A stretch of 64,000 nucleotides of DNA from the NCBI RefSeq assembly GCF_009914755.1, contig NC_060926.1. One strand, 5' to 3'. Under the pieces are notes generated by a model. That model saw only the letters and a list, made by a program, of their open reading frames with translations. It had not been told where the DNA came from and made no database searches. Numbering within the stretch: the stretch's first letter is position 1; every line of letters starts with the position of its first letter. This DNA is from the human T2T-CHM13v2.0 reference genome, Homo sapiens. Positions 26,901 to 48,502 of this stretch are shown in pieces. The translations under genes and the position numbers were made by a program.

Positions 26901-28646
26901 CTAAGTTTGTTCTTCTTTATTTCTCATCAGTTTTCCTAATCATGGGGTACTTGTTGCTTCCAGAGGTCTACAGCCTAGAAATTTGGAAAGAATAATGGCA
27001 ATTCAGGAAACTGGTTAATCATTCTGAGAGTAATGTGGGATTCTATCGCCAATTTAGTCCCCACATCCCAAGTGAGGAAAGGTTAGAGACAGAAAAGCTT
27101 CCAGGGGTTATGTCTCTATTGTGCTTGCAAACTTTAATATGGAATAGACTTTCTATTGACTTGTGTCTTGAGTTTGGACAGTAGTTCAGTACTGACCTGA
27201 TGAATTAATTTTCTATATTTGTTGGCTGATTTTTGTTTTAACTTTAAATCTTTTAGCTTAGTCTAGTGACCACCACCACAAAGAACTATGGAATATAATT
27301 TTCTTAATGTAAATTAATATCTCAAGTGCCACCTTTAAAAAACTAAATTTAAAAAAATCACATAATCCTTTTCCTAAATGTTGAGCACTCTACCTTCCTA
27401 TGTCAAGACATATTCTGAAGACCTAATGAGGGTACACCCACAAAGAATAGCTCCCTTTTTCTTTTAAAGAAAAAACATCCTATAAAATTTGTGGGTTTCC
27501 ATTATAAAAGTATTTTTTCTTAACTTAATCTTAAGGACCTTAAGTGTCCTATACTTAAATATGCTTAGTTTGGAGAGTTAAGAAAATGTAAAACCTATTT
27601 TAAGAACCACACTTTGCTAACTGACTTTTTAGGGAAACAAATTCAGCAGGGTTTTATGTGATAATAGGCCAGTGAAGATTTACTGTCTTCGCTGTTTCAA
27701 GGACCAAACCTCTTGGTTTTCTGTGCCTTACTAAGCTAGTTACTGTGCTGAACTTTGAACTAAAATAAAAACCATCAGCAGCACAAAAGGAAAGCTGCTG
27801 CAATATCCTCTTATCAGAAAAAAGAGACAAGGCATAAAATCTTCAGCCTTAGGAACAAATAGTAAATCATTTATGCAAGAGAGATTTGGGAGAGGAAATG
27901 TGGCATCAGGACAAATAAATAAAATACTGACAGTGCAGTATTCAAATGAATTTAGCTGGCATTTAACCAAAGAGTGAAAATAGCCTGCTTTTAGCTTCAG
28001 GCTGTTTGAAGAGCACAAACTTCTTAGTCTGCATACACTGACCTGCAGACAGAATTTTTCTGTCAATTCACATTTCACAGGCTTTCCCGAGAAAAGCAAT
28101 GTCAAATTTTAGATGCTTCAAGATTGTGGTTCAAGATTGTGGTGATACACATTTCTTCACAGGAAGATATAAAAAAGGTTGCAGTAAAAGTTCAATGTAA
28201 ACAGTGAGATTTATCTGTCCATGTCCTTTCTTGTCAGCTGCTCATTAGTAGTCGAGCTGTAAAATATCTTGTCTTTCTTTTCCTTTTCTGAACTAGAACT
28301 CTGGAGACCCCACAAAAGCTCAAGTGCAAACCTTCAACTTTCCCTGACTAATTAATAAGCCTGAAAAGTGCCCCTGACCTTTCTAGCTGGAAGTGGTCTT
28401 TCTCTCCCGCTTTTGAATTTTTGTCCAATTAGTACCCATGCATTTACCCACGTAATCATGTGCTGGCTTGTGATTTTTCTTCTACCGTTTTTGAAAACAA
28501 TTCTTTACTTCTGTTATGAACTTTTAATATCTATATTTAATCATTCATACTCATTTGTAAATTTCTTGAAGTCACAGTCCATGTATTATTTGATCAAGAT
28601 GGGAAGGAAGGGGATTGAAAAGATGTTTTACCTCTACCTGCATTAG

Positions 28647-28829
28647 GGCTCTCAGCTACTGCAAATCCATGATGCCAAAGAAATACATTCTTTTTAAAAT
28701 GACAATGTATAGCCAGGCTGTATGGGACAGCATGGTCATTATCATGATTACTACTATCTTGGAGATAACCACCAGTGGTCTAGCAGTCATGTCCTGTCAA
28801 ATACACCTTGTTCGGGAAGCTAAGGGACA
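28647..28829 (+). pseudogene. Pseudo-exon, phase 0-0: GSQLLQIHDAKEIHSF*NDNV*PGCMGQHGHYHDYYYLGDNHQWSSSHVLSNTPCSGS*GT
   Basis: Acceptor ttttacctctacctgcattag, donor ACA|gtaaat; stops TAA 28695, TAG 28710, TAA 28821. Confidence 0.6.
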
Positions 28830-29120
28830 GTAAATAAAAAAGGATAAGGGAAAGGTCAGTAAGGTAGAGTACAGGGGCTCAAAGCCTCAAGCAGAGTCCA
28901 GGGGATGGGAAGCAGGGCCAGAGAATAGCTAGTCAAGTGAACAAATAGGAAGTGAGCCTAGGGAACATCAAAGATAAGAATGAGGACAGGGTCTGTTCCC
29001 TGCACAGTGATGTGTAACTGGATCAACTTAGATGAAAGAACTAGGGACAAAGCAGACATATCCAACCAACAAAAGCAAGTTCAAGGCTTCAAAAAAAAAA
29101 CTGTTTCTTCCTATCTACAG

Positions 29121-29181
29121 AACTTCTATGCTTTAGTTGAGAATAAAATCTGTTCCAGAACATATGACTCTCTCAGTTCAG
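29121..29181 (+). pseudogene. Pseudo-exon, phase 0-1: NFYALVENKICSRTYDSLSS(G)
   Basis: Strong acceptor ctgtttcttcctatctacag, donor CAG|gtacca, open frame. Confidence 0.7.
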
Positions 29182-30482
29182 GTACCATTCAGGCTACTAA
29201 GAAAGGTCCCTTTTGCTCTTTCTATTCTTTCTGTACTTTCTGCCATCCTTGTACTTCCTCGTGTCCCTGGAATGGTCCAAACTTGTTCCCATCAACTTCA
29301 TCTTTCACACCATGTCATTTATTTATATGCTCAGCCTTATTTGAATGCTTCTTCCTGTCTCCTCCACATTCAGGCTGCCAAAACGAATTCCCTACTGCAG
29401 AGAACTATATTCTCGGGCACTGGTGTGTTGCACTGTAAGGCTCCCAGCTTTTGGTTGCCTTAGCCTGTGTTTGCAATATCAGTGCCTAGAGTGGCTATAA
29501 AGCCCTATTCACAGAAGATGCCTTGTCAGACTCCTACACTGACTTCTTTTATTCCAATCCTTTGGGCTATGTTAAAGAGCTTTATCTGTTTCTCCCACTT
29601 TCCCTAGCGTTAGCCATGTGCCCATTTCTCCTGGCTATTTGTTAAGTAGAGTGTACCTGTTTGGTCTGTCTGAACAGGAGTTACGAAGTCCTGTTGATGG
29701 TGGCTTACAGGGTTACTTGGGACCTGTACAGACTTACTATTTCTCAAATTATTTATACAGTTTATTTGTCTACATTCTCTTACCTCTGTATCTCTAAAAT
29801 CCATCTTAATGCAATAAAGCCCTTAGTCCCAAACCAATTTTTTCTAATATATGTTTCCCCTAAAGCCCCAATACCTTCATTCCTTTATTCTGATTTATTG
29901 CTGCTGCCTAACCACAGCTACAAGGCAAATATTATAATAATAATAATAATAATTTAAAACCCTAGTAACAAACACATCGGGATTAACATACTAGGTCTAC
30001 ATTAAACCACCCAACAATGAACTAACTCATCTTTAATTTATTAGCTTGATTCTGATATAAATTCTGAATGAAAAGTAAAAGGTTGTGTAGATTAATAATA
30101 TTAAAGTTGCAAAACAAACCCCTGAAAAATAGGAAACATTAAACAAAGAGAGCTGTGCCATCTTTAATTCATTGCCCTGTTTCTAGGTAATTCCTTGCAT
30201 GCAGGAGGCAGACTCATGATTGTGTTTTAAAAAAGAACATGCAGTACCAAAACCATCAGTGAAAGGTATAAATCATCACAGCATACTACTCCAAACTTTA
30301 GGGCCTAACTCACATGTATTCTGTGTGATATTGGCCTAAAAAACATATCATTGTGACCTTTAATTAAGTATCACCTACTTCTATAAGTTCTACACAGATA
30401 GGTCTATCATTCTAGAGACAAAAATTATAAGTCCTGAGACTTTGCTGAAGTTGCTTATCAGCTTAAGGAGATTTTGGGCTCA

Positions 30483-30686
<204 letters not shown>

Positions 30687-30689
30687 TCA

Positions 30690-30971
<282 letters not shown>

Positions 30972-30974
30972 TCA

Positions 30975-31170
<196 letters not shown>

Positions 31171-31173
31171 CTA

Positions 31174-31431
<258 letters not shown>

Positions 31432-31586
31432 TTATCATTTGTTATTGCATCTATTTGATTCTTCTGTCTTTTCTTCTTTATTAGTCTTGCTAGCAGTCTA
31501 TCAATTTTGTTGATCTTTTCAAAAAACCAGCTCCTGGATTCATTAATTTTTTGGAGGGTTTTCTCTGTCTCTATTTCCTTCAGTTA

Positions 31587-37945
<6,359 letters not shown>

Positions 37946-38025
37946 AGGAATATTTTCTTGAGTGAGTTTCTTAATCCTGAGTTCTAGTTTGATTGCACTG
38001 TCGTCTGAGAGACAGTTTGTTATAA

Positions 38026-38157
<132 letters not shown>

Positions 38158-38277
38158 TAGAAACCACTGCTCAAGGAAATAAAAGAGGATACAAACAAAT
38201 GGAAGAACATTCCATGCTCATGAATAGGAAGAATCAATATCATGAAAATGGCCATACAGCCCAAGGTAATTTATTGA

Positions 38278-38469
<192 letters not shown>

Positions 38470-38472
38470 TAA

Positions 38473-39018
<546 letters not shown>

Positions 39019-40323
39019 TGAGTGAAGGATATGAACAGACACTTCTCAAAAGAAGACATTTATGCAGCCAAAAAACACATGAAAAAATGCTCACCATCAC
39101 TGGCCATCAGAGAAATGCAAATCAAAACCACAATGAGCTACCATCTCACACCAGTTAGAATGGCGATCATTAAAAAGTCAGGAAACAACAGGTGCTGGAG
39201 AGGATGTGGAGAAATAGGAACACTTTTACACCATTGGTGGGACTGTAAACTAGTTCAACCATTGTGGAAGTCAGTGTGGCGATTCCTCAGGGATCTAGAA
39301 CTAGAAATACCATTTGACCCAGCCATCCCATTACTGGGTATATACCCAAAGGATTATAAATCATGCTACTATAAAGACACATGCACACGTATGTTTATTG
39401 TGGCACTATTCACAATAGCAAAGACTTGGAACCAAGCCAAATGTCCAACAATGATAGACTGGATTAAGAAAATGTGGCACATAAATACCATGGGATACTA
39501 TGTGGCCATAAAAAAGGATGAGTTCATGTCCTTTGAAGGGACATGGATGAAGCTGGAAACCATCATTGTCAGCAAACTATCGCAAGGACAAAAAACCAAA
39601 CACCGCATGTTCTCACTCATGGGTGGTAATTGAACAATGAGAACACATGGACACAGGAAGGGGAACATTACACACTGGGGACTGTTGTGGGGTGGGGGGA
39701 GCGGGGAGGGATAGCATTAGGAGGTATACCTAATGCTAAATGATGAGTTAATGGGTGCAGCACACCAACATGGCACATGTATACATATGTAACAAACCTG
39801 CACATTGTGCACATGCATCCTAAAACTTAAAGTATAATAATAATAATTTAAAAATTATAAGTCAAGTACTAAATAAGTCCCCAGGTGGCCTCAGTAAGGC
39901 ATTCCCTGGCATCCATAGTATTCAACCTGCAGCCAGGGATGGAGTTCTGTGGAGTTGAGGAATCTAAATCAATAATCTTAGAATGAAAAGGGCATCACTG
40001 TCAATTGACTTGGGCTTTCTCCAGTCTTTTAGTATTCAGCAAAACATTGTTTATTTAACTTGATTAGAAAGGTCAGCCCAAATCTACGAGGAGGGACCAA
40101 GACAAATGAACAAGTTCTTGATAATGGAAGTGATTTATTGGTTTCCAGTATGGACTCCAATTCAAGTTCTCAGTAATAGCAGATTGGGTTTCTGTTCCTC
40201 CTACTGAAACTGACAAGAAAGAGTGAAATTGGTAGGTTAATTCCACAAACACCAGAAAATTCTTATAAACAACTTAGGTAATAATTAGCTCAAACATTCT
40301 TCCTTCAATATTTACATCTGCAG

Positions 40324-40433
40324 GTCTCAACAGGACACACCGATATGTTGCAAGCAACTTCATACCAATCATAGTAGAAGTATCAAAGTTCGCAAGTGAT
40401 TCACTTTTAACAATAAATCCGAGAACATTTAAG
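40324..40433 (+). pseudogene. Pseudo-exon, phase 1-0: (G)LNRTHRYVASNFIPIIVEVSKFASDSLLTINPRTFK
   Basis: Acceptor tttacatctgcag, donor AAG|gttatc, open frame; phase matches the previous exon across the nested-L1 intron. Confidence 0.7.
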
Positions 40434-41061
40434 GTTATCACAATAATATCACAGTCACACGTTTGCATTTCCATGTGCTTCTTAAGAGAAAAGGCAGGGG
40501 TGGGTTACAGAGATGGAGTCAGGAAATGCACATGGGTCTGTGTTGCTCATGCCAACACTGTTCTTGTATTGTCACAGAAAAAAAAAAAAACAGAGAAGGA
40601 GAGAACTGCCTTACATCATCAATTTTCTTAAAACCTTTTATCATATGAAGGTAAAACTAAACCTTGCTCGCTCAACTTCCTAATTTTAGGCAATGATTGG
40701 AATTCAGTTTAACTTACTGTCTAACCCTCATATAGCAAGGAATGTGGACCTTGAAGACTTATTCACCGCTAAGGTTTTATGAGTATTGTGGTGAAATGAG
40801 GCATGGCATGGAAGAATAGTATAATCTGGACAAACTGTGGCATTCCTGGTAAACCCCAAAGGGTGGCACCACCTTGGTGAGGTCACCTCAGGCCAGTCTT
40901 GCAGACTGAGAAACTCACCATTGCTAGGGCTCTGACTCTTTTCAGACTGAGACAACTGACTTGAGCTGCTGTCGAAACTTTCAAGAAGTTGCTGTATAAT
41001 GTTATTCACTTACAGATGTTATTCACTTAAAATGGAGGATACTTCTTTCCAATTACTAAAG

Positions 41062-41109
41062 CTGCTTCTTTCCTGATCTCATAATACCCGGAGAATTGAA
41101 TTTATGATT
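41062..41109 (+). pseudogene. Pseudo-exon, phase 0-0: LLLS*SHNTRRIEFMI
   Basis: Acceptor cttctttccaattactaaag, consensus donor ATT|gtaagt; one TGA, plausibly from CGA. Confidence 0.65.
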
Positions 41110-41605
41110 GTAAGTTTGGGTGGGAAACACGGAGTCAGAGAAAAAAGTGGAGAATGATCTTAAGAATATCGTCCAGGCCATGATGAGGTATGTAGAATTA
41201 TCCTTGACCCACAAGAGAGAATACTTCTTCAGTTACCAGACTGAGTGAGTTCCCAGAAGCTGAGCACACTCTCCTCTGAAAAGTGCTGGACAAACTTTGC
41301 CAATTTCTTACTCTTAGGGTCTCCTTTTTTTGTGCTCTGAGCTTCCTGAGTCCCTTCCATTCAAACAATTGGTTCAGTTTCAGGAAATTACTGTAACAGT
41401 TAGGGTTCTGTGGTTATGTATAATAGAAAGTGACTTCAGCTAACTTGAGCACAAAAGTGGAATTTATTGGAAGAAGCTGAGAACTATTACAAAATTGAAT
41501 GAAAAGCTGAAGTCCCAGATCTTTAAAAGAATCCATGGAGCTGCTCTGAGGATGCTTGCTACTTGGTAGGGGGAAGCAGACACTTAAATAAAAAGAAGTG
41601 CCAGG

Positions 41606-41839
41606 TAGGTGAGTGCAGTGGCTCACGCCTATAATCCCAACACTCCCGGAGGCTGCTGTGGGAGAGTCAGTTGAGACCAGGAGTTTGAGACAAGCGTGGG
41701 CAACGTATTGAAACCTCATCTCTAGAAAATTTTTAAAAATTAGCTAGGTGTGGTGGTGGAGCTATGATTGTACCACTGGACTCCAGCACTCTAGCCTGGG
41801 TGACAGAACAAGATCTCATCTCTTAAAAAAAAAAAAAAA
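41606..41839 (+). mobile_element. AluJ with internal deletion
   Basis: Left arm, shortened right arm, poly(A). Confidence 0.85.
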
Positions 41840-41849
41840 GCAATTAAAT

Positions 41850-42230
41850 GTGGTAGTATCACTATAGAAATATGCTAAAAATAAAAGGAATTACAAAGGA
41901 GGGATTGGTCAATTGTCCCTGGTAAGGGGTAGGGATAAGTTTCAAGGTAAAGAAAGGCTTCATAGTGGAGGTAATATTTGAGTCAACTCTTAAAAGTAGA
42001 TTACTTTTAAGTAATCTTATTAGTAGAGTTGATGTTTGCTTGATGGCCAAAGAAAGAAAAGGTATTCAAGGCGCAAAGACACAGAGTTGTGAAAGAGTAT
42101 GGCATATTCAAAAACATGAATGTCATTCCATATACCTTCAGCGTGGCTTGGTGATGTGGAGTTTCATGAGAAAAATGAGACTGGAGAGGGAGCAGAAGAC
42201 TGACTGATCACAAAGAACCATGTAGCAATA
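41850..42230. mobile_element. L2 fragment
   Basis: Degenerate purine-rich L2-like sequence. Confidence 0.5.
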
Positions 42231-42679
42231 AACTGTGGTCGTAGAAGAGCAGTATGAGATCCAAAAAATAAGTTTTATGTATAAAACTTCTACAAACAAG
42301 AAACTTAAAAAAAAAAAGGACTCATAGAGATTATTTTTCCCTTCTTCCTTCTTCCTTCTTCCTTCCTTCCTTCTTCTTCTTCACTCTGACAACTGATTCC
42401 CTCCCCACCAACCTTCCTGTTCCCCATACACACAAATCTACAATCATCCATGATATTTCATGCCCACAGTTGTTTTTAAAATCTTAGAATAAGGCCATCC
42501 GTACAAAGTAATCTCATCAAGACTGATCAGACTTCATCTCCTTGAGAACCATTCTCTGAAAATCTTACCCTGGTAGCAGAAGATTGTGACAGTAATAATT
42601 TGAGCAATTTCCAGTAGCTAATTTCCCTTGGTAAGAAAAAATATTAAACCTGCTTCTCTAATCCATACTTGGCCTCCAG

Positions 42680-42787
42680 ATGTGTTCAAACTAGTTCTTC
42701 CAGCTGGAGCTACAGAGGGTAATTCATAGAGCCAAAACTAAGTCTCAGACTATTCTGGACTCTTTTTCCATCATCCTCATGGATATG
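42680..42787 (+). pseudogene. Pseudo-exon, phase 0-0: MCSN*FFQLELQRVIHRAKTKSQTILDSFSIILMDM
   Basis: Acceptor ccatacttggcctccag, donor ATG|gtaatg; 108 bp with one TAG. Confidence 0.6.
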
Positions 42788-43168
42788 GTAATGTAACATG
42801 TGGCACATCCAGACATAAATAAAACTTGGGAAGGAAGAATTCTGAAGGATTTTGTCCATTCTGGGTACAAGAATCTTGACCATAATAGTGAGTGTGCATT
42901 CAGCTCAGGTACCTATGAAATTTTAGAGTCTTTTAATTTTGGAATTTGTGAAGACAACCAATGGATTTGTTGAGAACAACTAAGTCTTCTTTCCGAAATA
43001 AGAGTTTAATACTTAAATATTTTCTCATATACAGTTAAATGTAGTAAAGGGTGTTTTGTATTTAATATATTATTTATTGTGTATTCCGCAGTCTTTGTCC
43101 TTTCCTTACTAAGGAACTAGAGAAAGCCCCTAGTTAGTATGGCCTAAGAACTGTTCTTGTTCTTGTAG

Positions 43169-43204
43169 GTTTTAGAAATCCTCTTGTCCCAGCTCTCTGT
43201 GCTA
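43169..43204 (+). pseudogene. Candidate pseudo-exon, phase 0-0: [12 protein letters not shown]
   Basis: Good acceptor ctgttcttgttcttgtag; weak donor gtattc. Confidence 0.35.
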
Positions 43205-43237
43205 GTATTCCACTTCTCTTTTTGAGGCCTTCACTTC

Positions 43238-43380
43238 TTTTTATTTTTTCTCTTTTATAAAAAGAGACAGGGTCTTGCTGTATTGCCCAGGCTGGTCTCG
43301 AACTCTTGGCCTGAAGGGATCCTCCTGCCTCAGCCTCCCAAAGTGTGGGGATTACAGGGATGAGCCACTGTGCCCAGCCC
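43238..43380 (-). mobile_element. Alu left monomer (FLAM-like)
   Basis: Antisense left arm. Confidence 0.85.
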
Positions 43381-43934
43381 AGGACTTTAGTTCCAATGGC
43401 AGGTTTATAGGTTTTGTTTATGGGTTCTTCAAAGTGCAGTCTTTAAGTTTTTGCTGGTTGCTTTCTACAGAAGGCTTTGCTTTCTTTCAAAATGCTCTGC
43501 AAAATGCCAGCTGCCTGCTTTATTGATTGGCAGGAATGGTTACATGTTGCAGCAGCTTTCTTTCTATCTGTCTCTCTAACCTGAATGTTCTGGGGTCACA
43601 TTGTGTCTGTACCAGTTGTGTTCTCTGATATAGAAAATAGGGAGTAGGAGGACTGACTGTCTTTCAACACCGTTGATGTCCCTATTTCCCTTTTTCACAT
43701 TGCCTCCCTTCCCCCAATAAATAGCAGCTCATAACATTTTGCCCAATAGGATATAACATTAATATCTCTGCTAATAGAGAAAATAAATAAAACCAAACAC
43801 TACTTTTAATTTTGTACATGATTATAATTAAAATCTCTAATAAGGACGGGATTTTTAAGAAGACCCTATGATTGTTTGTAAATTTTGATTCTCCACACTA
43901 TTTCAGATCCTTATTACCATAGTGCTTTTCAACT

Positions 43935-44480
43935 GTGGCAGATGGCATTTTCCAAGCATGGCTGCAACAATATCTCCCATCCCACATGTTCTTCTGTAAT
44001 GTGGCACTGCTACCTTCCATCAAGAGGTGGCTATTTCTCCACCCCCTTGAACCTGGAAGGCCCCATGCTTTCTTTGACAACAGAATACAATGGAAGTTGT
44101 GGTGTACAGGTTCTGTGCATAGCCATGAATTGGCCTGGCAGTTTCAATTCCTGTCTCTTAGAAGACAGCTGCTGTGTAAGAAATGTGACTACCCAGAGAT
44201 CACCATGCTGTGAGAATCACAAACCACACTAAAAGGCCCTGGAGGATGAGATGCCACATGGAGACAGAAAGAATCCAAGGATACCTGAAGTGCTGGACAA
44301 GGGAATGAAGAGGCCATCTTGGACATCCAGCCCAACAAAGCCTTCAGATGGCATCATGACTGTTACTGCATGAAAGACCCCAAGCAGGAACTTCCTGGCT
44401 AGGCCTAGTCAACCAACAGGACCAAGAGAGATAATAAAGTGTTGCTTTTAGCCGCTAAGTTCTGGGGTGGTGTGTTAAGC
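43935..44480 (+). mobile_element. MLT1 LTR (MLT1G/H-like)
   Basis: tgtggcagatggc start; ataataaa...ttttagccgctaagttctgggg end typical of MLT1. Confidence 0.75.
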
Positions 44481-45829
44481 AGCAGTTAATGGCTGGAACG
44501 CAACCAATGTTGTCTACAGTGGAGTCTAAGGGGAATCTTCTTCCCAAAGTTTAAATGGAGTAGCTCTGTTTTTAATCTATTTCACATTTTGGGGTTCTTC
44601 ATAAGAAATTATTTATAAAAAAGTAGCTCCATGTCTCAAAAAGTTTGACTATCACTCCATAGATAATTGAGAGTTGGCTAAATAAATATGGGCCACCCTT
44701 GCAGACCATAAAAAGCATATTGTGACAGCAAATATTTCCTGACTAGATTGCTTCAGACAAATATATTTAGGCCATTCTGAGTGGATGTGTATTTTTATGT
44801 GATTTCTAAAGCCCTATCAAAGGATTCCAATTCCGGTTTCTAACACTCCTCACCATTAGGAAATCCTTTTTCAGAGACTCATAGACTCTCGACTATGCTC
44901 TACTCCAACCCCTGCCCTTGTTTGAGTTAAAAAATAAAAAAGAAACTCATGGCATCTCTCTTAGTGATCTGGACTGTAGCTCTTGGAAGAGAGCAAAAAC
45001 TACTTTCTTTGGTGTCAATGTCTTGTGTTAGGCATAAGATGATGAGAAAATGTGTCTTAATATTATTTTAATTGGAAATAATTTCTTGTAAAATTGTACA
45101 CCTATGGCCCTGAGCTTTGCCTAAAGCATTTGAAGTGCCCTTGCCAATCAACACCATTTTTACTTCAACACTTAACAATGCTATTTGTAGAAAGATTTCC
45201 TTAAAGGCTTTCAGCGTGCTCAGCTAAGAGCGGTGTTTTTAGTCTTGCTACACTAGTGTACTGGTTCCTTTTATCATTCAGACCATCTGTGATGAAGTCT
45301 ATTTTGTTAACTCAGAAAACCTCAATTTCTGTGAGACTTTAAAATGAGGCATTAACATATTTTTATGGATTGTGCTACCATTATGGTTTTGGAGACTTCT
45401 CATCTCTGTTATTAAAAAGAAAAATCCTGCCATCTAAGCTTCTCATAAGAAACTATTTTTACATTCATAATCTTTAAAGATGCTTATGGAAAGAAGTGCT
45501 TTGAACTCTTTCAGTAAGATTTTAGTTCAGCCTAAAGCTTAACAATAATGTAATTTGAGTGAGGGTGGCTGATCCCCACCTGTCAGTGATGCTTCAGGAA
45601 GATACATAAATCACAGCCAGCATCTCAACTGAAACCAGTTTAAAAATTCATGCGGCTAACAGTCATTCCTGTGTGATCTGGTTTCTTAATACCTTATTAC
45701 ACCCTGCATACTGGGATTTTAGGCCTGGAATGTACCTTTAAAATTATCTTATTACACCCCTTTCTTCTATAGATGAGTAAACTGAGGTCACAGATTGTGA
45801 CTGGAAAGCATACTTTCTTTCCACTATCC

Positions 45830-46230
45830 CTTTGCTGGTCAAAGTGTGCTTGGACCGGTAGCACCACCTAGGAGCTTGTGAGAAATGCAGGGTCTTGGGC
45901 ATCCCACCAGACCAATTGCATCAGAATCTCCATTTTTATAAGGTCTCTACATGATTCCTATAAGTACATTCATGTCTGAGAAACCCTGCTTGATACCACA
46001 TCTGTTTCCCAAAAGCAGTGCAAGGCTCTGTAATCCAATCAATCCAGATTCAAAATCCAGATTTTCCACTTTCTAACTAAGTGAACAAATTACACAACCT
46101 CTCTGGTCCTGCTTCCTCGGTAGTTAAATGTGGGTATTAATACCTACTCTGAAAGGTCATCATGGGTTTAAATGAAACAGTCTTTATATAGTTCCTATTC
46201 AAGTGTCTGAGGATAGACTGCTCAATAAAT
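45830..46230. mobile_element. MER5-like DNA element followed by MIR
   Basis: gagcttgtgagaaatgcag...catcagaatct motif; MIR core aacctctctggtcctg...ctcaataaat. Confidence 0.6.
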
Positions 46231-46235
46231 GGAAA

Positions 46236-46480
46236 CTGCTGCTATTGCTGCTACTATGGCTACAACTATCGCTGCTTTGCTACTATTGCTGCTGCTGCTG
46301 CTACTGTTGCTCCTGCTGCTGCTGCTCCTGCTGCTATTACTACTTCTACTGCTACTACTGCTATTGCTACTAGTACTACTGCTGCTACTACCACGGCTCT
46401 TTGTATCATTGCTGCTACCACTGCTGCTTCTGCTTCTATCACTAATTCTACTGCTATTACTGCTAATAGCTGCTGCTGCC
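46236..46480. repeat. Interrupted (CTG/CTA/TTG)n trinucleotide tract
   Basis: About 80 triplets keeping frame. Confidence 0.92.
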
Positions 46481-48039
46481 ACCACCATGGTTATTAATAT
46501 CTCAAAAAGGGAAAGTAACCTTTCAGACATTGACAAGTGTCCAAAGTGAAACTGAAGCCCAGGTACACTTCCTAATTTCCCGTCTGCTTTAAGTATAGCT
46601 AAATACTAGAGCCAACATTCTTGTTTAAGGCCTTTTCAATCCTTGGAGTAAAATGTAGAAAAAGGAGACAGCTTTTTAAAGATTTCTATTTAAACCTCCT
46701 GGAACAGTAAAGTCAATTTGCTCAATTCTGTGTCTTCTCAAACCATTATAGCTTCAGTGGGTCTGAGTTTCTTCTAGGTTGCAGCTTCTGTTTCCTTTAA
46801 CTATGGAATACTGCCTTTCTCTAATTTTGCTTCTGGCTTCCAAAATATTTTCCACAGAAAGTTTTACTGGATCTGATAGTACATTTGTTTTCTTAGAAAA
46901 CAGGATATATGTTAAACTCTGAGGTGACCTACTAATTTCAGTCTTTGTCCTTTCAGCACTCAGCCCTACGCTTAGATGTACTCACTTTTCCTTGCTTACG
47001 TGACCCCATTTTGAATAATTGTAAAGGGGGAAACACCCTCATTACATACAAATAGAATTTTGCCATTTTGCAAACTGAGATAGATGTTGATTTTCTTTGA
47101 GGTCCCAGAATGACTTCTAATCCTTGTTCTTAGAACTGAACATATGTGACTCAATTTGAAAACAATGGCTAAAATGTTAACCTCTTAGCTCCAGCTAGAC
47201 TGGATTCCAAAAAGTTATAGATCCTCTGGGTAGTGGAATAGCATATTTGTTTGGAATGCACCCAAATATCCTAACAAGATTTGTGAAAGCATTTTGCAAC
47301 CATTGACACCTAACCACAAAATGTCTTCACATACTCAACTAGTGACGTGTAAACAGAAGAACAGGATTGTGTAGCAGAGCCAGTTTCAGGCAGCCCCACA
47401 ACAGAAGATAATGCATTTCCACACTTTGTAAGAAATGGCATGGCCTAATATGAATGGATACCATGAAAATTGTGCATCTGAGCACATGAGTGGGCTCTTC
47501 AGTACCAGTGGAAATCTAGGATGAAATGGAAAGCCCTTGAACAAGCCATGCTAGAAATGATACAACCCAACCTGTTACGGAGGTGAAAAAGTGCTGGGCT
47601 TTCCATCCCTCGGAGGCTGAGACTGCTTGGCTACTGCTAGGAGAGTACAGCGATGGGTATCTCAGCATGGGGTGGCATCTTGTGCTTGCTCAGTTTAGCA
47701 AGCACTGTGCCTTGTGCTTGTAATGAACACTTAAGCATTTGAAGGATCTAAATGAATCAGAAGATCTAGTATATATTTCTCAAAGCCCTCCCCCTTGCTC
47801 ACTTACAAATTGGCTAAATTCACAAACAAGCTGCTTTATCAATTCAAGGAGCCTTGCATGACTCCAAGTGAGTTACAAGTCTTAGATGTAAATAAGAAGT
47901 TTAACATTTTCTGAGTGGGAATATAGATATAGAAATATACTGTGCTGTCCTGAATTCCAAAGGTGGCATTTCCCACTATCAAAAAAGGTTTAAATTATTT
48001 AAAAAATAATTTTAAATTATTTATGTATTTACTTATTTA

Positions 48040-48280
48040 TTTTTAAGCACTTACATGATACTAACCAAACACTATTTTAAGCACTTTACAAATATAAATT
48101 CACTTAATACTCACAGTCATCTTCACTAGGAAGGTATTACTCTTGTCATCATTCTATAGAGGGGAAATAAAGTCATAGACAGTTTAAGTAACTTGCCCAA
48201 AATTACACAGCTAATAAATGCCAGGATTGGAACTCAAGCAGTTTGGCTCTAAAGTCTGTGCTATCACTTACTATGCTACA
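48040..48280. mobile_element. MIR
   Basis: ttaagtaacttgcccaaaattacacagctaataaatg core. Confidence 0.7.
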
Positions 48281-48502
48281 TTATGAGGTTATTATTTTGG
48301 AATTTTCTTTATACTTAACTAGTAGATAAAATTTTTAGCTTGCAATACTAATGAAACCGTGATGGTGAATTCAACAGTTGAATGTGCTAATTATTGGAGC
48401 TCTGCATATATAATATATAAGCTATAGGCTATATTTTTAATATCAAAGTCTTTATTCGCTAACTTTTTCAGTTTACAAGATTATGATAGCTTTTCCTTTT
48501 AG

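Noticed and set aside
28117-28143. 13-bp tandem duplication tcaagattgtggt
   Set aside because: Ordinary slippage; no array or spacer structure.
28647-28694. GSQLLQIHDAKE resembles a C-type lectin helix motif
   Set aside because: No WIGL motif or expected Cys pattern follows.
28615-28833. 72-aa open ORF overlapping a fossil exon
   Set aside because: Splicing this frame to 29121 hits TAG after four codons. The stop-containing frame fits both neighbours. Not fully excluded without orthologs.
40917-41009. Possible minus-strand exon (donor ATG|gtgagt) in ORF 40728-41009
   Set aside because: Poor acceptor and no partner exons found.
46222-46549. Poly-Leu and poly-Ser ORFs
   Set aside because: Products of a trinucleotide microsatellite.
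46957-47020. Acceptor plus open frame HSALRLDVLTFPCLRDPILNN; similar cases at 43471 and 27632
   Set aside because: Donors or phases do not fit the chain; may be chance.
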